Origin: a bacterium
Lineage (GTDB): Bacteria; UBA10199; 2-02-FULL-44-16; JAAZCA01
Assembly: GCA_963674695.2 (NCBI GenBank)
Contig: CAXXGI010000001.1
Coordinates: 960,001-1,024,000 of the forward strand
DNA length: 64,000 bases
Reading direction: 5' to 3'
Both the position numbers and the translations under genes were made by a program. The notes beneath the pieces were generated by a model. That model searched no databases. It saw nothing but the letters and a program-made list of their open reading frames with translations, and was not told where the DNA came from. Positions 1-9,057 of this stretch are shown here, piece by piece (positions within the stretch are counted from its first letter, which is position 1; each line of letters starts with the position of its first letter).

Positions 1-418
1 CAAGCATCAGGGGCTCTCGCCCAATCCCGCAAAGCTCACCGGCATGTGTGGCAAGCTCAAGTGTTGCCTGGCCTATGAACATGCGGTCTATGCCGAATAC
101 CGCCAGGGGCTGCCCAAGATCGGCGCCGCCGTCGAAACCCCGAAGGGGGCCGGTCGCATCATCGGACACAGCGTGCTCAAGCGCGAATGCGTCGTGCGCC
201 TCTATGGCGGCGCCGGTGAAATGCGCTGTCCTTGTGAACAATGCAAAGTGCTCAGCCAGGAGGAACGCGAAGCGGCGATCACCTCCGCCCGCGAGAACAA
301 AGCCGCCGCCGATGCACGCACGCGCGAACGCGCGTCGGAACGCGCGCGCAAGCGCAAGGGGGGCGCGCGCACCGAACGCAAGGATCGCCCCGTCAGAAAG
401 AAAAGTCCGGATCTATGA
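1..418 (+). CDS. ricT: PSP1/YaaT (RicT) family protein, C-terminal part (5' end outside window)
   Basis: Motif KLTGMCGKLKCCLAYE followed by LPKIGAAVETPKGAGRI; typical position upstream of metG; stop TGA overlaps metG ATG (ATGA at 415-418). Confidence 0.85.
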   Translation, partial: KHQGLSPNPAKLTGMCGKLKCCLAYEHAVYAEYRQGLPKIGAAVETPKGAGRIIGHSVLKRECVVRLYGGAGEMRCPCEQCKVLSQEEREAAITSARENKAAADARTRERASERARKRKGGARTERKDRPVRKKSPDL

Positions 419-2367
419 GCAAACCATTCTACATCACCACGGCCATCGATTACGTCAACTCCACGCCGCATATCGGCACCGCCTATGAAAAGATCGGCGC
501 CGACGCCCTGGCGCGCTGGCACCGCCTGCGCGGAGAAGACGTCCACCTCCAGATGGGCAACGACGAACATTCGGTCAACGTGCGCAAAGCCGCCATCGCC
601 AAGGAGATGGAACCAAAACCCTATTGCGACGAGATGCGCACCCACTTCGAGAAGGTCTGGCAAAGTCTCGAGATCTCCTACGATGGCTTCATCCAGACCA
701 CCGACCCGCACCATGAGAAGGGCGTGCAGACCTTTCTCGCGCGCATCATGGAGACGGGCGACATCTATAAGAAACGATACGAGGGATGGTACTGCGAATC
801 CTGCGAGGCCTTTCTCACCGAGAAGGATTTGGCCGACGGACTGTGCCCGAATCATAAGTCGAAACCGCAATGGCTCTCCGAGGAGAATTATTTCTTTCGG
901 CTCTCGAACTATCGCGACAAACTCCTCGCCCATATCGAATCGCATCCGGAATTCATCCTGCCCGAGACACGCCGCAACGAGATCGTGAATTTTTTAAAGG
1001 AAGGCCTCGACGACATCTCGGTCTCGCGCGCCTCGGTCGACTGGGGCATCCCGGTGCCGAACGATCCGGATCATGTCGTCTACGTCTGGTTCGATGCGCT
1101 CATCAACTATATCACGGCCATCGGCTACGGCTGGGACGATGCGCTCTTCGCAAAGTGGTGGCCCGCCGACATGCACGTCATCGGCAAGGACATCACGCGC
1201 TTTCACTGCATCATCTGGCCCGCCATGCTCATGAGCGCGGGGCTCGAACTGCCCCGCACCATCTTCGGGCATGGGTTTGTCTCGCTCAAGGGCGAGAAGA
1301 TGAGCAAGACGCTCGGCAACGTCGTCACGCCACTCGACGTGATCGATGCCTATGGCGCCGACCCCCTGCGCTTCTACCTCCTGCGCGAAGGCGGCTTCGG
1401 TCGCGACAGCGATTTTACCTGGGAGCACTTCATCGAACGCTACAACGGCGATCTGGCCAACGGCATCGGCAACCTCGTGGCGCGCACGATCGGCATGGCC
1501 GACCGCTATCAGGAGGGCGTCATTCGTCCACCGAAGACCATCGACCCCGCGTTGGAGTTGGCCCAGATGAGCACCGCCCTTCCCGGGCGCGTGGCCGAGG
1601 CACTCGATGCAAACTCTGGCGAGATCGCGTTTCACACCGCGCTGGCCAACATGTGGGAGGTGATCGCCGTTGCTGACCGGTATGTGAACGACACCAAACC
1701 CTGGGTCCTGGCCAAGGCGGAAAAATTCGATGAGATCAACACGGTCCTGTGGAACATCGCCTCATCCGTACGCGTCGTAGCGATCCTGCTCGCCCCCTTC
1801 ATGCCCGCAACCGCGAAGAAGATCTGGGAGACGATGGGGCTTTCGGCACTCGGTGCGTTCGATGCGCAAACCCTTGCCGATGCACACAAACCCTGGGGCG
1901 TGTTGGACAGACCGATCACGGTCGTCAAAGCCGAGGGCCTCTTTCCGCGGATCGAGGCAACCGACGAAGGACGAGGGACGAAGGACGAAGGACGAAACAA
2001 CACGAAGGAGAAAAAACAAATGGAAGAGATCAAGCCGGGCGTGGCCCTTTTGGACATCGCCGACTTTGCCAAGGTCGAGCTGCGCGTCGCGCAAGTTTTG
2101 GAAGCCGAACGCGTCGAGAAGACCGACAAGCTCCTCAAGCTCAAGGTGACCCTCGGGGAAGAGGAGCGCCAGATCGTCGCGGGCATCGCGCAGCACTATG
2201 CGCCCGAGGAACTCGTCGGCAAGAAGATCGTCATCGTTGCGAACCTCAAACCCGCGAAACTGCGCGGCATCGAATCGCAGGGGATGCTGCTGGCCGCCTC
2301 CGACGAGGAGACCGTCTCCATCCTCACGCCCCTCAAAGACGTCGCCGTCGGCTCGAAAGTGAAGTGA
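415..2367 (+). CDS. metG: Methionyl-tRNA synthetase with C-terminal tRNA-binding (Trbp111-like) domain
   Basis: MSKPFYITTAIDYVNSTPHIG (HIGH motif), Zn knuckle CESCE...CPNH, KMSKT motif, C-terminal NLKPAKLRGIESQGM OB-fold. Confidence 0.98.
   Translation: MSKPFYITTAIDYVNSTPHIGTAYEKIGADALARWHRLRGEDVHLQMGNDEHSVNVRKAAIAKEMEPKPYCDEMRTHFEKVWQSLEISYDGFIQTTDPHHEKGVQTFLARIMETGDIYKKRYEGWYCESCEAFLTEKDLADGLCPNHKSKPQWLSEENYFFRLSNYRDKLLAHIESHPEFILPETRRNEIVNFLKEGLDDISVSRASVDWGIPVPNDPDHVVYVWFDALINYITAIGYGWDDALFAKWWPADMHVIGKDITRFHCIIWPAMLMSAGLELPRTIFGHGFVSLKGEKMSKTLGNVVTPLDVIDAYGADPLRFYLLREGGFGRDSDFTWEHFIERYNGDLANGIGNLVARTIGMADRYQEGVIRPPKTIDPALELAQMSTALPGRVAEALDANSGEIAFHTALANMWEVIAVADRYVNDTKPWVLAKAEKFDEINTVLWNIASSVRVVAILLAPFMPATAKKIWETMGLSALGAFDAQTLADAHKPWGVLDRPITVVKAEGLFPRIEATDEGRGTKDEGRNNTKEKKQMEEIKPGVALLDIADFAKVELRVAQVLEAERVEKTDKLLKLKVTLGEEERQIVAGIAQHYAPEELVGKKIVIVANLKPAKLRGIESQGMLLAASDEETVSILTPLKDVAVGSKVK
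1963..1997 (+). repeat. In-frame heptamer array (GACGAAG-like x5) in the MetG interdomain linker
   Basis: gacgaag gacgagg gacgaag gacgaag gacgaaa. Confidence 0.85.
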
Positions 2368-5272
2368 CGCGCACTGCCCGTCTCCTCCCGATCCATACCA
2401 GCAGGGAAAGCAGGATGATCGCAAACGCCATCCATCCTTCCGCCCCGGCCTGCGCGCCCTCGATCAGCGTACACCCTCCGCCCGATGCCGATTCCGCGTC
2501 GCTGCCCTGAATATCGTCCTCCTGTCCCGAGGTGAGTTCAACCGGCGCATCGACGATGGTGACGCCATCGCCGTCGACGGTCGTGAAGACCTCGACGCTC
2601 ACCGGCACATCGCCGACACCTTCGGGAACGCCATCGGCCGTAAAGGAATAGGTCTCGTAGGCGACACCGTCGATCACCTCCGCCTCCGCCTCCTCATCCT
2701 GAAGCGTCACGGTCGCAACGACGGTCCCGTTGATGATAACGACCGGCCAGATGGGAGACTTGAGCGTCCCGACGATCGAGAGCGTCCCGTCCTCGGCGTA
2801 CGTCCACAACGTGACCGTCAGCTCCAGATCATCGGAGTCGACCTCCGGAACGGGGACGGAGACGACGATCTCCTCGACGGCCTCGCCGCCGAATCCATCG
2901 TCGACCGAGACGGTGACGGTGAGCGCTCCGGCCATGCGCAGCCGCAGCGCACTGGAACCCGACGTCGTGGAGGTAAACCCTGCGCGATCGGCGTCGGAGA
3001 CATCCACCGCCCAGGAGTAGGCCAGCGAATCCCCATCGTCGTCGACGAAGACCGCCTGGATATCGAGCTCGCTCAGGAACTGCGATAGAACGAACGTCCC
3101 GTCGTCGGCGACGACCGCCCCCTCGACGACGATGTCATCAGCTCCATCCAGGTACGGCGCGTGGTTCGGAATGACCACCTCCACCAACTCCGAGCGCGTC
3201 GTGCTGATGCCGTCGTCGGCGACGAGCTGGACATAATAGGTTCCGCGCTTGGGGGGATCGCTGACGATGTCGATCTCGCCTTCAGCGGAGATGGTGAGCG
3301 CGCCCGGCCCGCTGATCGTCTCCCAGCTGACGGCGGTGGTCACATCCTCATCGTCGGTCACCGCCCAGCTCGGCAGTTGGCATGCGCTCCCCAACACACA
3401 GGTCACGACTTGCCCCGCCGCATCGGCTATCGACGGCGCGACGTAGGTCGAGCTGACGGTGATGCTGACGGTCGCTGCGGCGCTTGCCTGAACCCCGTCG
3501 TCGACCGTGAACGTGAAGGCATCGGATCCGAAGTAATCGGCCGTGGGCGTATAGATGAGATCCGGCGCCACACCGCTCAAGACGCCGTGCGTCGGGTCAC
3601 TCGCAACGGCGAAGGTGAGAACCTCATCGTCCGGGTCCGAACCGGCCAGCGTGATTGCAACCGCGGCATCCTCGTCGGTCGTCACCGACTGCGGCGTCGC
3701 GGTCGGCTTCGCGTTCACCCCCACGCTGCGATCGTCGGTCGCCTGCTCCGTTTCGTCGTCGCAGGTAAGCCGAAAGACGAGCGTCTCGTTGGCGGAGACC
3801 TCCGGCGTACAGGAGGCCTCGACCGTCACGGAGCTGTTGCCGCTGGCCTTGCTCCCGACGACGTCCCCGGTCAGACCGCAGTCGGTCCCCGAGACCTGTA
3901 GCCACCAGCCGGTCAGCGTATCGGCGGCATCGGCATCGGTGCACGTTCCCGAGAGCGTATAGGCCACGCCATCGGGTTGATCCGTTGCATCGTCATCCGC
4001 ATCCGCCACGGGCACCGCGTTTGGCGGAGGGTTGTAGAAGATGTACGCAGCGCCGGCGTTATCGCCGCCCACGTTGTCGTCCTGATAGGAACCGACGAGG
4101 GCATATTGCCCTGAATCGGTAATGGCCACGCTGTTGCCGAAGAAGTCCTGATTCCCGAGCCCGCCCTCCTGTTCGGTGGCCTGAAGCTTGGTCACCTGGA
4201 CCCAGGTTCCGGCATCGAGCGTGAAGGTCGTGGCATATCCCGTATCCGCCCGCGCGGCGGAGATGGTGGCGCCGACGACGGCGTGGTCACCAGCGATGGC
4301 CACGCTCGCACCGAAGTAATCCAGTGAATCCAGTTCACCCTGGAGCTTCTGCATCTGCGCCCAGGTTCCCTCGACGTCGCGCTCGAAGACATAGGCGGCG
4401 CCGTGATCGGTACCGGAGCCAAAGCCATCCCCCTCCTCCATGATGGCCCCGACGATGGCGTGATCGCCGGAGATCGCCACGCTCCCCCCGAAGCGATCGC
4501 TATCGGCGAGGTCGTCCGGCTCGATCTTCGCCACCTGGTTCCAGCTCTCCCCCGCGCGCTCGAAGATGTAGGCCTGGCCTCGGCTGCTGTCGCCCTGATC
4601 CTTCGTTCCGACGATCGCATAGTCGCCGGAGATGCTTACGCTCGTTCCAAAATAGAGGATCGCAGCGGGATCGGAGGCGTGGAGCTTGGCCTGCTGCGCC
4701 CAGCTCTCCCCCGTGCGCGTGAAGATATAGGCGGAGCCGGAGACATTGAAGGTGTCGTCGTCGCGCTCCGCACCGATGATGGCGTAGTCGCCGGAGATCG
4801 CGACGCTGATGCCAAAATCGTCGCTGCCGGCGATGTCGTCGGAGACAATTTTTTGTTGCTCGCTCCAGACATCCCCGTCGCGCATGAAGATATAGGCGGC
4901 CCCGCGGCCGCTCATCTTATAGGCACCCACGATCGCGTAGTCGCCGTCGATCGCGACACTCCAGCCGAAACTTTCGGTATTGGCCAGATCGCCGTCGCTC
5001 GCGGTCAGTTGCTGGATCTGCGTCCAGCCCTCGGCCTGTGTCCACTTGAAGATGTAGGCCGAGCCGATGTCGGTGTGCACGCCGTCCTGGCCGGGCGCCC
5101 CCACGATCGCGTAGTCGCCGGAGATCGCAACGCTTTCAGCAAAGAGGTCGTTCGCTGCCCCGTCGTCGGGAAGGAGCATGCCCAGTTCGGAGAAATCGGC
5201 ATGGGACGTGGTGGCAAGCAGAACGACCGATGCCACGACGCCGAGAAAGAGCCCCCACTTGTTGTAGCGCAT
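2333..5272 (-). CDS. Surface protein: FG-GAP beta-propeller, Ig/cadherin-like domains, C-terminal GGGC-TM-RRR sorting signal
   Basis: Signal peptide MRYNKWGLFLGVVASVVLLATTSHA; repeated FGxSVAISGDYAIVGA; YTPTADYFGSDAFTFTVDDG; tail SGGGCTL...LLVWIGRRR; GAGGAG SD; 3' end overlaps metG convergently by 35 bp. Confidence 0.9.
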   Translation of the reverse strand: MRYNKWGLFLGVVASVVLLATTSHADFSELGMLLPDDGAANDLFAESVAISGDYAIVGAPGQDGVHTDIGSAYIFKWTQAEGWTQIQQLTASDGDLANTESFGWSVAIDGDYAIVGAYKMSGRGAAYIFMRDGDVWSEQQKIVSDDIAGSDDFGISVAISGDYAIIGAERDDDTFNVSGSAYIFTRTGESWAQQAKLHASDPAAILYFGTSVSISGDYAIVGTKDQGDSSRGQAYIFERAGESWNQVAKIEPDDLADSDRFGGSVAISGDHAIVGAIMEEGDGFGSGTDHGAAYVFERDVEGTWAQMQKLQGELDSLDYFGASVAIAGDHAVVGATISAARADTGYATTFTLDAGTWVQVTKLQATEQEGGLGNQDFFGNSVAITDSGQYALVGSYQDDNVGGDNAGAAYIFYNPPPNAVPVADADDDATDQPDGVAYTLSGTCTDADAADTLTGWWLQVSGTDCGLTGDVVGSKASGNSSVTVEASCTPEVSANETLVFRLTCDDETEQATDDRSVGVNAKPTATPQSVTTDEDAAVAITLAGSDPDDEVLTFAVASDPTHGVLSGVAPDLIYTPTADYFGSDAFTFTVDDGVQASAAATVSITVSSTYVAPSIADAAGQVVTCVLGSACQLPSWAVTDDEDVTTAVSWETISGPGALTISAEGEIDIVSDPPKRGTYYVQLVADDGISTTRSELVEVVIPNHAPYLDGADDIVVEGAVVADDGTFVLSQFLSELDIQAVFVDDDGDSLAYSWAVDVSDADRAGFTSTTSGSSALRLRMAGALTVTVSVDDGFGGEAVEEIVVSVPVPEVDSDDLELTVTLWTYAEDGTLSIVGTLKSPIWPVVIINGTVVATVTLQDEEAEAEVIDGVAYETYSFTADGVPEGVGDVPVSVEVFTTVDGDGVTIVDAPVELTSGQEDDIQGSDAESASGGGCTLIEGAQAGAEGWMAFAIILLSLLVWIGRRRAVRVTSLSSRRRRL

Positions 5273-5298
5273 AATCCCCCCCTCCTCGCGGAGAAATA

Positions 5299-5314
5299 TG
5301 CACCGAACATGCCA
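5299..5314 (-). promoter_or_regulatory. Putative sigma54 -24/-12 promoter
   Basis: Minus strand TGGCATG-TTCG-GTGCA, about 27 bp upstream of the FG-GAP gene start. Confidence 0.55.
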
Positions 5315-5582
5315 GATACGGGTGAGAAGAAAAAAATAGATTTTCTTAAATAATTTCAAAGAATAGCAACAACACCTCGTTACGAGAACACTGCGAGAAC
5401 TTCTATTGTTTCTTTTTTCAGAGCGATATCATCGTCAATAAATGAACACTCATCCGTCAATATTCACTCACCCCTCACAGGACCATAAGGACAGGGCCAT
5501 CGCTCTCGTTTCGATGATCGCTCTCCTCACGACACGAACAATCTATTGCCATCGCGGAAAAAGCAGGCGATAGCCGTCGCCG

Positions 5583-6407
5583 ATGAAAATTCGCCGCGTC
5601 ACACCCCTGGTGATCCTCCTGTTCGCGCTCGTGCTGGTGCTGCCCGCGCCGCTGCGAGCCGAAGAACCCGCGCCGCTGCGTTATGAGATCAAGACCGACC
5701 TCACCCTGATCGGCATCTCGACGACAGGCTGGATTCTCATGGAGGCATTTCAGAAGGACCTGGCACCGGCAGGGTGCCGGTGGTGCGACGTGAACGGCTT
5801 CGACGCCTGGGGACACCGCAACCTCAAGTGGGGAAAGACCGGTCAAGCCAACATGGCCAGCCACGTCACCGCCTATGCGCTCGCACCGATGGCGGCCTTC
5901 GGCATGGCCGCGCTGGCCGCGCACCAGAGCGGCGACCTCTCGCTCTTTATCGGCGACGCCCTCATCATCGCCGAGGCGACGACGATCTCCGCGCTCGTCT
6001 CACAGGTCGTCAAGATCTCGGCCGGACGCCAACGCCCCGATGTGCATTATGGCGCGGTTCCCGCAACGAGCCCGACGCAGAACACGAGCTTCTATTCCGG
6101 ACACACCAACTTCGCCTTCGCGCTGGCCGTCTCGAGCGGCACGGTGGCGAGCATGCGCGGCTACGAACTCGCCCCCTGGATCTGGGGAACGGGAATGGCC
6201 GTCGCGGTAACGACCGGGTATCTGCGCGTGGCCGCCGACCGTCACTATCTCACCGACGTCATCGCCGGCGCGGCGATCGGATCGGCCTTCGGATTCGCCA
6301 TCCCCTATCTCTTTCACCGACCGAAAGCGAACAGCGCCGACCATCCGATGATCTCGGCCATCCCCGTCGAAGGTGGCGGAATGATCGCCATCTCGGGCAA
6401 TCTCTAG
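5583..6407 (+). CDS. PAP2-family membrane phosphatase
   Basis: KISAGRQRP, SFYSGHT and RVAADRHYLTDV are the three PAP2 motifs. Confidence 0.9.
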   Translation: MKIRRVTPLVILLFALVLVLPAPLRAEEPAPLRYEIKTDLTLIGISTTGWILMEAFQKDLAPAGCRWCDVNGFDAWGHRNLKWGKTGQANMASHVTAYALAPMAAFGMAALAAHQSGDLSLFIGDALIIAEATTISALVSQVVKISAGRQRPDVHYGAVPATSPTQNTSFYSGHTNFAFALAVSSGTVASMRGYELAPWIWGTGMAVAVTTGYLRVAADRHYLTDVIAGAAIGSAFGFAIPYLFHRPKANSADHPMISAIPVEGGGMIAISGNL

Positions 6408-6413
6408 CAAAAA

Positions 6414-6558
6414 AAAGGCACCCGTGTGGGGCGCCTGGTTGATGATAAACCCGGTTGTTGTCATCCTTGTGAAAACGGGGATCTCGACGTGCCGTCACAA
6501 TCGAGATTCCCGCCTGCGCGGGAATGACAATCAAAGGCACCCGTGTGGGGCGCCTGGT
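6414..6558. mobile_element. REP-like palindrome doublet flanked by 26-bp direct repeats of a terminator hairpin
   Basis: AAAGGCACCCGTGTGGGGCGCCTGGT at 6414-6439 and 6533-6558, enclosing GTCATCCTTGTGAAAACGGGGATC...GATTCCCGCCTGCGCGGGAATGAC. Confidence 0.8.
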
Positions 6559-6581
6559 ATGGCTTGAGGATTGCGCGATGG

Positions 6582-7991
6582 TCACGGCATCAGTTCAGCG
6601 TCGGCCTGGACGGCAACGCCCGCGGCGATGAGTTTTCCCACCGCATTCTTTGCGCGCAGAATGACGTCACCCGATTCGAGCAGGCCGCTCATATTTTGCA
6701 GATCGATCGAACCGTTGGGCGTGAAGGCCCCGCCTGGATCGCGCATGTCCCAGAGGACGTCGATACGCTTCACCCCGCTGTTGTCGTTCAGCCCGAGCTG
6801 CTTCAGTGCCGTCAGGGGACGCAAGGGCTCCAGGTCGACGATCTGATTGCCGGCGAGGTTGAGCAGGGACAGTTGAGACAATCCCGACAGCCCCGCGAGA
6901 TCGACGATTCCGTTCGCCTCCAGGTCGAGCGAGGAGAGTTTCGTCATCCCACGCAGAAACGCGAGGTCGGTCACGCCGGCATCGGCCAGGTGCAGCGCCG
7001 TGAGATGCACCAACGCCTTGAGGGGTTCGGCCCCGGCCATCCCCGCATCGAGAAAGGGCGTGTTCGAAAGGGAGAGCCGCTCGAGCTGCGGCAATGATGC
7101 GAGCGCAGCGACATCTTCCAGGATGTTGTTGCTCAGCAGAAGGACGCGCAGCTTGGGCAGCCCAGAGAGCGCGTCGATTGCACGGATGACGTTCGACGAG
7201 AGATTGAGCGTGGCCAGTTCGCCAAGCGCGGCCAGCTCGCCGATGTCGACGATCGCATTGCAGCTCAGGTCGAGAACGCGCAGGGCGCGAAAGGCCGAGA
7301 GCCCTTCGAGCGAGACGATCTTCGTCCCCGTGGTCTTGCAGCTGCCGTCGTCGTTGGAGCGACCCGCGTCGAGTTCGGTCAGCGTCACGGCCTGGGCGTG
7401 CGTGATGACGACATCGTCCGAAAGCCCGAGCGCCTTGCGCAGGCGCACATACAGCATCTGATCCGGAATGGAGACGAGCTTGTCCCCCTCCCCTTCGCTC
7501 AGCTCTTCCGAAGCGGCCGCCGACGTCTCCTCCTGTACCGCCCCTTCCTCCTCCTCGGCCGTATCGATCTGAATGGGGAGCGCCTCCTCGGATTCAAGCT
7601 CCCCCTCGGCAATCTTGGCATCGATGCCCACACAGACCGGGCGCGCATTCTGAGCGGACGGGACACTCTTCACATCCTTGGCGTAGATGAACCCCTCCTC
7701 CCTGCGGCTGGTCTCCTCGACCACACAATTTCCTTCGTCCCAGGCAAAATCGACGCGCATGATCGAGGGGGCCTTCACGAACATCCACTGCACGTCGGTC
7801 TGCTCCGCCAGCGTAAAATCGGCGCGCACCTTCATGGCCACACCGAAGTGGTCGTTGGTATAGGAGAGCTCCGGCTCGGGCGCCTCGGTCTCGAGCGGAT
7901 TCCCCACCTCGATACTCTTGTTGATGCCGGTGCAGCCGACCGCACCCATCAGCGCCAAACCGATGACGGCGATGAGGAGTGTCTGTTTCAT
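6582..7991 (-). CDS. Leucine-rich repeat (internalin-like) lipoprotein
   Basis: Lipobox MGAVGC; IPDQMLYVRLRKALG cap; multiple LxxLxLxxNxIxDL repeats; GAGG SD. Confidence 0.88.
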   Translation of the reverse strand: MKQTLLIAVIGLALMGAVGCTGINKSIEVGNPLETEAPEPELSYTNDHFGVAMKVRADFTLAEQTDVQWMFVKAPSIMRVDFAWDEGNCVVEETSRREEGFIYAKDVKSVPSAQNARPVCVGIDAKIAEGELESEEALPIQIDTAEEEEGAVQEETSAAASEELSEGEGDKLVSIPDQMLYVRLRKALGLSDDVVITHAQAVTLTELDAGRSNDDGSCKTTGTKIVSLEGLSAFRALRVLDLSCNAIVDIGELAALGELATLNLSSNVIRAIDALSGLPKLRVLLLSNNILEDVAALASLPQLERLSLSNTPFLDAGMAGAEPLKALVHLTALHLADAGVTDLAFLRGMTKLSSLDLEANGIVDLAGLSGLSQLSLLNLAGNQIVDLEPLRPLTALKQLGLNDNSGVKRIDVLWDMRDPGGAFTPNGSIDLQNMSGLLESGDVILRAKNAVGKLIAAGVAVQADAELMP

Positions 7992-8115
7992 AGCCACCTC
8001 GCAGAGGAAGATGAGCAGCCCTTTTCAGAGACACCCATCCCTAGGTGCCGCCAGGGTCTATTCTGTGCATAGAATGTACCAGAAAATGGAGAACGGGCCA
8101 ACGAAAGCGAACGAG

Positions 8116-8847
8116 TCACAACAGCAGGTCGTCGAGATCCGGCAGGAAGTCTTCGGCAGGGGGCATTTCCTTCTGCGGTTTCGGGCGCGCGCGCGCGGGG
8201 GCGGGGCGCGAGAATCCCTTGCGCGACATGGGCAGGTCGTCCGAGTTGGATTTGACCACCTCGATCCGATGACGGCTCTGGCGCTCCCACTTGGCCAGGC
8301 CCTTTTCGAGCAACGGCTGGTTGAGCGCCCAGAGGAGATTGTCCTGCCCTTTGAGCTTCTGTTCCGAGAAGAGACGAAAGCCGATCGAGAAGGTCTGAAA
8401 GCCGGTCTCATCGGGCCCGCCCCAGACGATGAATGTGGCCGGCTCCTGAATTTGGATACGAATCGGATTATCAGGGTCCCATTCGGTGCGCAGAAATCCC
8501 ACGATGTTGAGGTTCAAGCGAATACACCAGAGCGGATCGGAAACCCCCTTCATGACGAGCATCAGCTCATCGAGAAAGGTCATCTGGTTGAGGTTCTCAC
8601 GCGTGATCCGCTGCGTGGCGTTGTAGGTGGTGACCTCCATGCTGTCGGGCATGACCAGGCCAAAGAAGGAGCGCAGAAAGTTGAAGACCTGCTCGAAGAA
8701 CCAGACGTTCGACTCCTCGACGTTCATCTGCGTGAAATCGATATTGGAGTTAAATCCCCAACTCCCCACCACCTTGCCACTGGCGGTCTGTTCGGTGAGA
8801 AAGTCGTCGAGGTCCAACGGGATATCGGAGAGGGCGGAATCGGTCAT
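8116..8847 (-). CDS. Hypothetical protein
   Basis: Open frame with globular, protein-like composition; start chosen at MTDSALS; no family recognised. Confidence 0.7.
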   Translation of the reverse strand: MTDSALSDIPLDLDDFLTEQTASGKVVGSWGFNSNIDFTQMNVEESNVWFFEQVFNFLRSFFGLVMPDSMEVTTYNATQRITRENLNQMTFLDELMLVMKGVSDPLWCIRLNLNIVGFLRTEWDPDNPIRIQIQEPATFIVWGGPDETGFQTFSIGFRLFSEQKLKGQDNLLWALNQPLLEKGLAKWERQSRHRIEVVKSNSDDLPMSRKGFSRPAPARARPKPQKEMPPAEDFLPDLDDLLL

Positions 8848-9003
8848 GTGCCCATGGTAACCACGGGGAAGCACCATGTCCAGCACGAGTATCCGAACGA
8901 ATCCGCCGCTTCAACCTTGAAAAAATCAGCAGGATAGATGCGACATGCCAATATTATCTAACAATATCAATATGTTGAAGAATGCGGCATTTCAGACCGT
9001 CGC

Positions 9004-9032
9004 GCAACATTGCCCCCCACCTGCGCCGATAA
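9004..9032 (+). promoter_or_regulatory. Sigma28-like promoter variant
   Basis: GCAACATT-N13-GCCGATAA, 25 bp upstream of ATG 9058. Confidence 0.55.
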
Positions 9033-9057
9033 TACAAGAAAGAGAGGGGAGACCACA

